64,000 nt of DNA from Hamiltosporidium tvaerminnensis FI-OER-3-3 (Eukaryota > Fungi > Microsporidia). Where the stretch lies: contig CM061251.1 of NCBI GenBank assembly GCA_022605425.2, forward strand, positions 682,001 to 746,000. The letters are read 5' to 3'. The position numbers and the translations under genes are program-made. This document shows positions 10,812 to 21,940 of this stretch, in pieces. The stretch's first letter is position 1; every line of letters starts with the position of its first letter. The notes below the pieces were generated by a model that saw nothing but the letters and a program-made list of their open reading frames with translations, was not told the origin of the DNA and ran no database searches.

Positions 10812-11836
10812 TAATTTTCTATTAAATATATAGTTTTTAGTATTTAATCTGATAATTGTCTGCTTTGTACATAGATATATATTACTTGGATCAAACTTTT
10901 TACCATTTGTAAAATGTGTTTATTATGTTTTCGAGCTCCCTGATTCCTACTTTACCAGCGAATGTTTTTCGATTCATTTACCAAAAATAAGGTAGCGCTT
11001 GTATTCAATTAAAAATTTAAAGTTGTCGTATTTCGAATTATTTCATATTTTTTATAAAATGATCTTTTATCTGACGAAGCATGCAAATAAAATAACTTTA
11101 ATACACTTTAAAACCAAGATAACCAAGTATGGAACAGAATTATTCAGGAAAATTATTTCATGTATTAGGTTTTTTATTTTTCAATTGTATATACTTTTTT
11201 TGATTATTTAAAGCAAGTAAAATTATTTTATCGTCAAATTAAATTTTATTCTATTCATTATTCTATCAACCATCTAAAAAAATGATTTATAGTTTTGATA
11301 ATATTATTTTTTTGTAAAGTCTTAGAAATAAAGTATGAAAAAGTAATAGAAAGTATTAAATTTTCTCTGTTTCATAAAATTTCTTATTTATATTCTATCT
11401 TATCATTTATAATCGTGAAATTATTTTACTTATATGATTGGCATTTAAATACCTCGTAGTTTTTAAAAATATCTTATATTTTTGGATTTTTAAATATAAT
11501 TATAACTGATATAAAGTGCAGGTTTGGCATACAAATCACTTAGGAACATCAAATCTAATTTATATTCTATATTCAATACAACTTTCCTATAATATTTATC
11601 TAAAAAAAACTTATGTGTAAAAAAATGCAATACTTGAATCAAAAATTTAAGAAGTAATTGTATTATTTATAAATTATAAAGACTGTTTAATTTTATTTGG
11701 TAAAAATAATTTAATAAATAATTTTTCGTTTATAATATTTGAATTAATATTAGAATAATAATTTAAAAGAAAAATTAATATATCCTAATATGGTAATCAT
11801 TTCAAAGAAATATAAATTATAAAAAAACAGTTTTAT

Positions 11837-13123
11837 TTAAAAAATTCTTTTATCATGTTCTTTTATTCTTTCCTTGGTATTTTTAGACATTATCATTGTT
11901 TGTAATTCTGTAATATTTTCGTAAAAATTATAATCGAAAGGGAATTTATGATCTGGTAAATTATTAGGACTCATATATTTATAATGATCTAATATTTTAT
12001 TCGCATTAAATGAATCAAATACAAACTGTGGATGCACAAAAAGCTCTTGTGTGGTAGAAATACCAATAACATAATCACTTTCTTCTTTTGTATTAGAAAT
12101 ATTACCATCTCCTGCCATAACAACAAAAGAAATATGTTCTTTGAATTTTTCGTCCAAAATATAAAACTTAAAATTTTTAAAAACACCATTCGTGTTTTCT
12201 TTTACAGAATATATTTTTTCCAATTTAAACAGTAAAAATTTAAGATGAGCATTACATATTCCGTATAAATATTTTAGAACATTCATATTCTTTATTTCAT
12301 CATCCTTGTTTTCATTTTCATAGTCGTATGAATATATCCACACAATCTCTAATCCATCAAAAGTCAATAAATAACAAATTCCAGTTTTGCCAATAAACGT
12401 TTTTTTTAATATTTTATGTTTAATCATAAAATTTTTATATTTATTAATTATTTCTGTACATTCATATTTCATGACTGTTTTACACAATACGATCGTACAT
12501 AGACTTTCTTTTAAACCTTTCATCGAATCTAAAAGAGATGGATATTTGTTTTTCAAAATTTCTGCAAAATTATATTTTTTAAATTTGTAAACTTTGTCTG
12601 TTTTGTATGGAATACTTATATTGCTATCTCTAATATTTATATTTTCATCTAGTTCATTCTTTTTTATATTTTCTACTTTCGAATTTTCCTTTTCTAAATT
12701 TCCATCTTCGATATTACCCTTATCTATTTTTTTGCTTTCTAATATTTCTTCACCTACCACCATACCATCCCTCATTTCACCTATTCTTTCTTCGCCTTTA
12801 AACCTTCCATCTCCTAAATCTTCTTTAATTTCTCTAAATATTTCTTCTCTTTTTAAATATTTATATCTCATTTTTTTTATTCTTTGATTTATTTTAATAT
12901 TTCTGTGTAAATCACTCAAATATATTTTTTTAATATCTGCAATTAAATAATATATATCATTTCTTTTATCGTATTTCTGCTTTCTTTTACACAATTTTGG
13001 ATAAATATTTGATAGAATACATAGTTCGTTAAAAGAATCTTCATCTATTTTAAATTTCCCTTTTATTAGTGTCTTTGAAACGTATTTCTTTTGATCTGGT
13101 ATTATATATCCTCTTACTACCAT
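11837..13123 (-). CDS. NOP7: Pescadillo/Nop7 ribosome biogenesis protein (N-terminal pescadillo domain plus BRCT)
   Basis: KYVSKT...F.ELCILSNIYP, YYLIADIK, ILKNKYPSLLDSM, KKTFIGKTGICY, BRCT-region FVHPQFVFDSFN...Y.SPNNLPDH. Confidence 0.85.
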   Translation of the reverse strand: MVVRGYIIPDQKKYVSKTLIKGKFKIDEDSFNELCILSNIYPKLCKRKQKYDKRNDIYYLIADIKKIYLSDLHRNIKINQRIKKMRYKYLKREEIFREIKEDLGDGRFKGEERIGEMRDGMVVGEEILESKKIDKGNIEDGNLEKENSKVENIKKNELDENINIRDSNISIPYKTDKVYKFKKYNFAEILKNKYPSLLDSMKGLKESLCTIVLCKTVMKYECTEIINKYKNFMIKHKILKKTFIGKTGICYLLTFDGLEIVWIYSYDYENENKDDEIKNMNVLKYLYGICNAHLKFLLFKLEKIYSVKENTNGVFKNFKFYILDEKFKEHISFVVMAGDGNISNTKEESDYVIGISTTQELFVHPQFVFDSFNANKILDHYKYMSPNNLPDHKFPFDYNFYENITELQTMIMSKNTKERIKEHDKRIF

Positions 13124-13342
13124 TATTTTTATATTTAAGAATTTATGGATTCAAAATAAAAGAAATATGAAGAAATAAATATGAATTTAAAAACCAAAAT
13201 AGATAAAAATCGAAGGATATGAGAATAAATAGTAATTTTTATGAAAAAATTTTAAATATCTAAAATAAATATGGAAATAGAAGAGGAAATAATAATATAT
13301 TATAAGAATAAATACTACATTACATAAAGAACCGGTGAATTC

Positions 13343-13573
13343 ATTCAACCTTGGCCTTACACCCCACACAAGCCTTAGCCTCTCTCAGTTATTTCGCCCA
13401 CCGGTCTCTTTCGAGTGGTCCGTTTACTTCTTGGGTTTCGTAAAAAGGTGGTTTTAAAGAGGGGGTTGTTACGCCTACGCTCAACTCCACTCGGAAAATC
13501 AGTCCCTTTTAGTCGCCTCTTACGACAAGCAAGGAATACTCCAAGCCAATTCTGCTCTCAGTATGGTGGGAAA
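13343..13573 (-). mobile_element. Short non-autonomous retroposon, RTE-like 5' end joined to RTE-like 3' end (copy 1)
   Basis: GC-rich island. The minus strand has TGCTTGTCGTAAGAGGCGACTAA, GAGTTGAGCGTAGGCGTAACAACCCC and terminal GAGGCTAAGGC...GGTGTAAGGCCAAGG. Homologous to 52560-52780. Confidence 0.65.
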
Positions 13574-13755
13574 GGCTAGAAATAAAACCTAATTCTTCCT
13601 TAAAATATAATAAATTTGGATTTATTGTTTGATGTTTCGAGCTAGATTTTGGTTTCTGAAATAATGAATATTAATAATTCCTCATTCTTTATTTCCTATA
13701 AGTATTAGAAATCATTTCTCTATTTATATAATTTATATATATTAGTAACTTAAAA

Positions 13756-13837
13756 GTCAGCGTGGCCGAGTGGTTAAGGCGTTAGACTTGAAATCTAATT
13801 CGCTCTGCGAGCACAGGTTCGAATCCTGTCGCTGACG
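13756..13837 (+). tRNA. tRNA-Ser (anticodon TGA)
   Basis: Acceptor stem GTCAGCG/CGCTGAC, D arm TGGCCGAGTGGTTAAGGC, anticodon arm TTAGA-CTTGAAA-TCTAA, long variable arm, T arm ACAGG-TTCGAAT-CCTGT, discriminator G. No intron. Confidence 0.97.
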
Positions 13838-16084
13838 AATTTTAGCATACCAATATATCATTAGATTATAATTTTCTTACAAACCTCTCTCTTCAGATCT
13901 TTATTTTATGCTTATAAATTATATATCTTAACTTAGCACTATTTAAATCCAATTAGAGTTTAAATTTAAGAGCTTTATTCTGATTTTTACAATTTTAATT
14001 TATAATATTCTCTCGTAATCCGTATATAGCAAAATAAAGAATACATTTATCGTGTTATAAGTGTCTTTTTTGTGAATTTTCAAGAATTTTGATATATTCC
14101 GTTTTATCCATATATTTTGATTATGCTTAATTTAAAGTCCGTCTACAAATAATTCCCAACTCAAAAACTATTTCGAAGGCAAATAGAGATATTATTTAAA
14201 ATAATTTTGTATTCGTCAGGTTTCCTTGTGATATCTATACGATCTTTGTTTGATTCTATAGTATTTAACCCATGAATTTTATTCTTTTTTGACAGAAGTG
14301 CTACCTTTTTCTGATTTAAATATAATATTGACCAAATTAGAATTGAAAGTTCGATCCGCTCAAAACATTATAAAAATGGAGTTTATATGAGAGTCTGAAA
14401 GAAAAACTTGGCAAATACAAAGAAGCACAACTAAAATTAAAAAAATTATAGAATTTATCGTCTTGGTATAGTAAATAGGGTCGAAGGAAGTAACCACATT
14501 AAAAAATATCTGGTTGTCAATGATTGTAGGAAATCAATGTGAAAATCATTGGTGATATTTTGTGTGGGGTAAGAACCACATTAGATCTATAGGCCAATCT
14601 CCTATAATCTCAAATTACAACAGATTAAAAGATCTAATTGGGAAATTTACTGTTGTTCCTCCTCGAAGCGAGAAGTAAAAAAGGAATGGAATGAGTAAGT
14701 AAATAAGGTATAGTAAATATCATAGAAAAAATTAAAAGAATTTTCAATTTTTAAAATATACCTTCAAATGTGCAGAGTAACTCGAGAATATCGTAACAAA
14801 TGGTATAATTTAATATTTATCATCACATATTCACATTCTGCTATTCTATTTAAGTCAGAATAATCGACTCATCAGAAGTAGAAATATTCAACGACCTTAA
14901 ATATAAAAAATTTCGACAGAATGTTGAACTATGGAATTTGGATTTTGTAACTTAAGGTTAAGAGACTAATATGTCTTTTTAGAAGTATATTTCTCTTTAT
15001 ACATACAATTCTTCATATTTGAAACTTAATATCGTTATTTATTAGATAGTGAAACAAGTATTTGCGACACAAAATCACAGAGAATCTAATAAAAGTATTC
15101 CATCTTTTATACTTTAGAAAAAAACCTATTTCTATTTAAGAATTAATTCAAAATTTAAAAAACAAATAAAAAACCAACATACTGTTATATTTTCGAAGCC
15201 AAACACTTGAATGTATTAAAGATTAGAAAAACCGATTTTTTTATCTGCATTTGAAAGAAACTAAAATATTTTAATAAAAAAAGCATTTTTGAATATGACT
15301 TGAGAAACTACATATTTGAATAGCAAAATACAATCAAAAAAGCAAAATCTTATATGATTAAAATGCAAGCCTTTTCTGTAGTGATTCTGGGCCAAAATTA
15401 GGTGTTTTTATGTTTGGATTTTTTCCTCATAATAAAAAAATATAAGAAATTTGAAATATCATAATTAGATTTAATAAAACTTTAAAGTTGTAGTACATTT
15501 TACAAAAAATTATATATACTATCAAATCGATATTAATTTAATACTTAGCTCTAAGAAATACATATAAAATTAACACAGCATATAATTAAAATGAAGAATA
15601 TTATTCATTCCCAGTTTGATATTACTAATTCAAATTATTAGGAATATGAAATATATTTTATTAAGTGTCACGGGCCAATAAACCCCTCCTCCCATATCCA
15701 ATAGAACCCCCGTTATTTCATACAAATTTTTATTGTTTATAACACTCTTTATTTTTTATATAGCCTTTTAATTCCTATACATCTTCTTATTTTAGTTTCC
15801 TTTCCAATATTTCTTATCTATCCTTTCTTAGCATTTCTTTTGTATAAACAATAGGATGTGTTAATCATGAATTAAATATCCAATAAAATTTATATTTTTC
15901 TTTTTAGTTCTTTTTTTGCCTTTGTCGGTTTTTTGCATTTGTTAGTATTTGAAACGCAAAATTTGGTTGTAAAATTTTATAAAGAGACTAAAAACATAAA
16001 ATTGTATATAAATTAATCTAAAGCTTTCATATTATCTGTTTTTTCTTCGTATTCTGCTTAATATAAAAATATAATGCAATACAA

Positions 16085-17452
16085 ATGCCAAAGATTGTAA
16101 GTTGTAAAAATACGAAAGAAAAAGAAATTCTATCATCATATTTAAAAACTGCTCAGTATCCAGCTGAGTATTTCAAAGAAGAAAAGTGGTTGTTGAGGCA
16201 GAAGGCAGAACATTTTACTTCGCTCGGAGATGATATTTGTTTTGAAAGGCGCGATCATCTAATAAGAGCCGTTTTTGCATTTAAAACTGCCTTGATTAGG
16301 CAAATTATTCGAATAGAGCATGCTGTTGCACACAACGGAGTAAATAAAATGATGGATTTGATTGTACAAAAATACTATGGGATTCTCAAGGCATATATAA
16401 AAGAGTATGTAAAAGACTGTGAAGCATGTTGTCGATTTAATTTTCTAAAAACAAATCAGCCAATATATATAAATTATATTACCAAAAAATATGATTTTTT
16501 TATGATGGATCGTGTAGATCTCAGGAGATACAGTGATCAAAATGATCAATATAGCTGGATTCTTAATGTAATCGACACATACAGAAAACATCTCTGGTGC
16601 TTTAAGCTGATTAATAAAACTTCGGAATTAGTCAGATTCATTAATATTTTTATTTGACAACGTTGCGTCCCGGTGGAAATACAATTGGATAACGGCCAAG
16701 AGTTTAAAAATACACCTCTTAAAGCCCTTTCAACTGATCTTAACATCAAATTTATACATGGAAGACAACGCAAGCTAAAGGCGCAAAGTCAAGTAGTATT
16801 TGTAAATCAGACCCAAAAAGGCGACTAGCGAAGAAATTGCATGAAACAGGTGGAAGAAGGGAAATGGAACATCTTAATAATATTTTTAATGCCTATAACA
16901 GAACAATACATGGTGCAATAAACAAGTCTTCATTTATGCTTTTCTTCTGACAACCAGGTTTTAACAATCCACTTTCTAGAAGCATAATAGTTGAATACGA
17001 AGCCAGTATGATAGTGCCTGCTATTGATGTAGATTCTGATATGGTTTTAGCTGAAGAAAATGCAGAAAAAACACAATGGAGCCTAGAAATTGCCTCGGAT
17101 GTACATGAAGAATTTACTGAAACGCACACCACCATAACTACTATAATAGCTGATGATCTCGGAAACGATAGTAAGATTCGTTCGGATGTGGCTAAGCATT
17201 TTTAAAACCATAGACAAAGAATTATAGAAAGCAACAATTCAAATATACTCAAGAAAAATTTGTCTATTGGAGATTAATTTTGATAAAGAAGACTTCGATA
17301 TGAATACTAAAACCAAAAGAGCGCCTTTTGACTCTTTTTACGATAATTCGGTTTTTACAGTTACCGCTATTTTGATGAACAGCATGATTGAAGTAAAAAA
17401 CAATGATGGTAACACAAGAACAGTTTTTAGTGGCGTAACAAAACGAGTTTAA
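16085..17452 (+). pseudogene. Ginger-type integrase/transposase, frameshifted
   Basis: N-terminal YLKTAQYP...LRQKAEHF (GIN1-like), H2C2 zinc finger (H....HNGVNK...CEAC), rve core MDRVDL...WILNVIDTY and, in a shifted frame, QLDNGQEFKN. Several stops. Confidence 0.85.
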
Positions 17453-17659
17453 TTTAGTTTACATTGCAATTATTATAGGCATTTTATATTATTTAAGTAT
17501 TATCATTAAAGTTTTTATTTTTTTTTTCAAAATTTTAAATTTTTTTTAGCAGAAAATTCAACTTATAACTATATAAGCCTTTTTATAAGAGACCCCAATT
17601 AAATTTATAAAAAAAATCACTTCCTTTTTTCAAATAAATGGCCCTTAGATAAAATATAT

Positions 17660-17760
17660 GAAAATAACGGGGGTTCTATAAATCATAGAAATAACGGGGG
17701 TTATATAAATCATTAAAAAATAAAGGGGGGGTATATAGGAAATAACGAGGGTTCTATTGG
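17660..17760. repeat. Subterminal tandem repeats (~4 x AAATAACGGGGGTTCTATA-like) inside the right end of the Ginger element
   Basis: Repeated aaataacgggggtt(c/a)tata units. One inverted unit lies in the left TIR. Confidence 0.8.
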
Positions 17761-17797
17761 AGATGGGGGGGGGTTTATTGGCCGTGAAATTTATTAA

Positions 17798-19400
17798 CGG
17801 CTATTTCGTTGGAATTTTTAGAATTATTGTGCACAAATTTCATTAATTTCAATTTGAATTCGTTATATATTTCTGTTTGGTGGGTTTCAATTATATTAAC
17901 ATCCCCCTCTCTTTTCTTGTTAGGTGATGTATCATCTGGTTCCAGTAATATCTTTTCCAATATTTTTTCGGGTTTACAGCCTTTGTTATTGGACTCAACA
18001 CCCGAAAAATTTTTACATCGTTGATCTTCCAAATATAAATTCATTATATAATCATCTAAAATCAACCGATAAATATAGAAAGATCCGAATTATATCTACT
18101 TCATTGTTTTCACAAAAAATAAATTCTTTGGATATAAATTTTAGAGTTTTACGATTCAAAATTCTTTTACGCAAAACAACCTTTAGCAAGCCAAATTGAA
18201 ACAAATAAACTTCTGAATTAATATTCCTATGAAATTTGGAATAGTTTTGTTAATGATTTCATTTATTCTATTAGATTGCTAAAAATAACCATAAATTGAA
18301 GTTCATTTGTATTAAGGTTTCTGTTTTTTCCTATTTGATTAGATAAACATAAAAATTTTTCATTTAAAATTTTTTCATAGTTTTTTTCAATCAATTTTTC
18401 TACAGAAAATATTCTATTAAAATTAGAATTAAAAATATAATTTAAATCAGTAGTATCATTTAGATATTTTAAAAGTAAATTATAGGAATCCATGTGATAA
18501 TCCATATTTTTTTTATTATACTTTTCTATGATTCCAAGGAATAATTTGAAGTTTATTTTTGAATCTTTAATTCATTAACCGGTAAAAATTGTATAAACGG
18601 ATTTTTTATGTTTCTATAAAAATACAAATGCCTATTTTTAAAAATCGACTCAATGATTTTTTTTGTAATAATTTTAGAAATATTTCATATATAATATCAT
18701 GTATCCGATCATTGTATTCAAATTTTTGTATTTTTAATCAAAAATCAATTATTTTTAATGGTATTTTAAGATGAAATGCAATATTCTAATCTGAAAACTA
18801 ATTTCATTATTTTCTTTCTGGTTTTCCAATGTAAAATCATCTAAAGTATCTTTTATAGTATTCTTTTTAATCGAATCAGTAAATAAAGAATTAATTATAA
18901 GGGTTTTAAGTGATAGATGTTTAAAATTAGATTCTGCATCTAATTTTACATTTGATTTGCATTTTATCTTAAAAATAGACTCATTATAAATATCAATAAT
19001 TTCATTTTTAATAAACAAATTCAAACTTAAATAATTTTCTTCGTTAATTTCTATATCATTCAGTATATATTTATACACAATAATTTAATTTATCCTTTTC
19101 CGGAAATTTTTCAAATACCAATTTTAAAAGTTCGGGTTTTTTCATAATTTTTAACTTTATTAAAAAAAAAATTCAAAACTACGTTTCTTAGATTTTTCAA
19201 AACTTATTTCGTTTAACACATTTTTTAAATATCGATATAGAACTATATATTATATAATGATCGTTTGCTTTTTTGATATTTTTAGAATTTTGAAATAAAA
19301 AGAAAAAATTCGTTGTAAAAAAACGCATCTTGGTTTCTAAATTTAAATAAATTAACATTTTTTTGTGTAAAGATAAATAATTAAATGAATGTTATAAAAA
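17798..19400 (-). pseudogene. Fragmented lineage-specific (LRR-family-like) gene
   Basis: Three collinear minus-strand ORF pieces (18755-19078, 18263-18505, 17775-18065) with the same I/L/N/K/F-rich composition as the intact genes at 23655 and 36897. Confidence 0.5.
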
Positions 19401-20329
19401 ATATGGTGCTATTTTTGAAGGAAATGTTGTTTGAAACAGTTTAACAAATTCTATGGCTTTATAAATCTGTATATCAACATTAATATTGGTTTTCATTATA
19501 TGAAAGAGATTTATTTCAATTTCATCTTCAACCATTATGAAGGATAGTCGTTAAATAATTCATAATTATTTTAAAAAGTAAACCAAAGACCAGATTTCTA
19601 GCATCTAAACTTCTTTGAACACCTTTTTATAAATTAATAATTTACACTTATGCTATTAAATCTCCAATGTTCATGTTCCATTAATTTTTTTAGCTACTTC
19701 GGTATATAAAGATAAGAAAAAAAGTTGGCGAAAAATAAACGGATTAAAAAAATGTAAATAACAAAGACTAAATAAAAAAATGTAAAAAGTATCATTAAAG
19801 ATATGCAGACTCGATAAAGGATTTCCTTTCGTCTATCAATTCTCGATAAAAACAAGAAGTCTGTAAAAACCTAACTAAACTCGAATACATTTATATGTGA
19901 ATATGACCTCCTCTCATTCAATATATTCCATCTCCAACCAACCGAATCTTCTGACAGAAAACAATTGTATTGCATGTCAAAAATTTGTGCTAAACCCATC
20001 ACTTTAATAAAGCCATCGATTGTACTACACACAAAATTTAATTCAGTAAAACCACCTGCAGAAATTATTTCATTTTTATTTTAAAATTCAAAAAGTTTAG
20101 AAATATATGACAAAAGTATATTTCAAAGCTTCTTAATTTACAATAATTGTTTTCCATGTAATGTGACTATCAATGTGCTAAAAAAAACGTAACGCACTCT
20201 AAAGTGTAAAAAGAAATGAAGCTTTAGCAGAAAATTACAAAGTTAAATCGCAATTTATTTCCACTTGCATCCATTTTAGACAACACATTCAGTGCATAAC
20301 AATCAGAGATTAATATTGTTGAAATTAGA

Positions 20330-21940
20330 AAATGTCGGAATAAAATAGACCTAAAGTGGTCCTCCGAAATCAAAAGTCTTTAAGTGAATCACTATAAAGT
20401 AAATTTCTTGACAAAATCAATCTTTTCGTCAATAAAAAGCAGATTCTGATGTCTTCTATATGATTATGAAGCCGCATGTATTATATAAATAATATAGATA
20501 TCTTATCTAAGCAATACGCAACTAGAAGCCTAAATTTACTTGGAAAGAAAATATAAAAGTGGAACGTCTAAATAGCACTTTTCAGATCTTCTTAAAAATG
20601 CATGTCGATATAAATCACTCATTCCATTCAATATATAGGCTTTGAAGGAAAGTGTTTATGTGAATGTTAAAAATCAAACAAACAAATGGATTATATGTGG
20701 CTTTTTTGGTAAAAACGTGTCTTTTGTCGTGTAAATCGAACAAAGAACTTGTTATCGTAAAATTTCAAAAAAATTCAGGAAAATTGAAACTTATTTTCGT
20801 GTTATTCCGAGGTCGATTCAATTATAGGTTATCTGATTGTCTCGATTCTAAACTTGCCACTGATATTGATTGGATTGCGTCAATTCTATCTACAATAGTA
20901 GAAAGATAAGGGTATCTGTTAGAAGAAATATATATTTCATGCCAAATACTCGGTTTGTCATGTTTTTTTACGCTAGAAAATTTTATATACGATTAATAGA
21001 CTTCTCAATTAGAAGGCTGTTAGGATTTAAAAGACTATATTATTAGACACGAATGTTTTTTGCAAATTATTGCTCGAATTTTTGTAACTATGTATGTTTA
21101 TCCCTAGTTATTTACAAATTTTACATATCAATAAGTAGAAATTTAAAGATTGATGCTAAAATCCAAGAGATATTCGAGTATGCAAAAAGCGGTTTTGGGA
21201 AATGTTACTCATAATAGAGAGTAGGAAAATGGGCGCTAAAATTTTAAAACTATAAAATTGAATCTATCTTTTATATTCGTAAAAAGCAATGAGAAAAGGA
21301 ATTTATGTGTCAAAATATTATTATAGTAACTAAACATAAATACAGGATAAATATATAGATAGACTATTTATTTTTAAACAAAAACCTTTAAATATCATTT
21401 TTCAGGAATGACTATCGTGTTTGTTGTTTTGTTTATGGATTTACATACCATGGCATAATATTCATCTTTCGGCAGTAATATAGGTCTATAAAAATTTCAC
21501 ATATAAACTAATACTTGTTGGTGCAGACTTTTATCCAGTTTAGCAATTAACTTATTAAGCTTATTAATTAGAGATAAAATTCGAGCTATAAACAACAAAA
21601 ATTGAAGATAAATAAGACCGGATCGTCAATACATATATGGATTATAAATTTATTACAAATACCCTATATTTTATGTTTTTCATAAATAGCATGAACCAAT
21701 AGAAAATTGAGCGGAATTAAAAGAAAAACAAAAGCAGGAAATAACACATAATTTGGATTACAGGAATATTAAATCTCGATTTTCGTGCTAGGAAAAAAAA
21801 ATAATGTATAAATTGATCTTGGACCAGAAATTATTTACAACTGCGAAACATAGATTGTCACTAAACGCAATTAAGCGATGTTATGTATATGAAAATATAA
21901 GATTTTACGTCAAACATAAAAACAACCGGAAACAGTAAAG
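20330..21940 (+). pseudogene. Old decayed copy of the R4-like element (N-terminal region and RT)
   Basis: ORF piece LFRGRFNYRLSDCLDS resembles FRGRFYRGLSERVES. cctaaatttacttggaaagaaaatata resembles PRSAWKENI, and attgatcttggaccagaaatt resembles ISVGPEKI. Confidence 0.62.

Larger units (their letters stand above)
15665..17789 (+). mobile_element. Ginger1/GIN-like DNA transposon (gypsy-type integrase with terminal inverted repeats), decayed
   Basis: ~50-bp imperfect TIRs: left TGTCACGGGCCAATAAACCCCTCCTCCCATATCCAATAGAACCCCCGTTATTTC, right end its near reverse complement. Encloses an integrase. No gag, RT or LTRs. Confidence 0.82.

Noticed and set aside
7150-10814. Antisense and overlapping short ORFs here and within other genes (e.g. 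12594-12887, 25309-25641, 40603-41013, 49223-50101)
   Set aside because: These are shadow ORFs of real genes with no independent motifs.
10825-11000. Possible 5' UTR or HDV-like ribozyme upstream of the intact retroelement ORF
   Set aside because: It lies outside the 14-bp TSD, and no nested double-pseudoknot pattern could be assembled by eye.
13495-13545. HDV-like ribozyme in the RTE-derived element (CGACTAA resembles P4-J4/2)
   Set aside because: Only a simple extended hairpin is supported. P1/P3/P1.1 were not identifiable.
14835-14880. Hammerhead-like CTGATGA-GTC...GAC on the minus strand
   Set aside because: The required GAAA after stem II is TTAAA, and there are no convincing stems I/III.
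17149-17175. CTGATGA-TCTCG-GAAAC hammerhead-like core
   Set aside because: No stem II is possible, and it lies within integrase-derived coding sequence.
17660-17760. CRISPR-like repeat-spacer appearance
   Set aside because: Spacers are very short and A/T-only, the context is eukaryotic, and no cas genes are present. Explained as transposon subterminal repeats.
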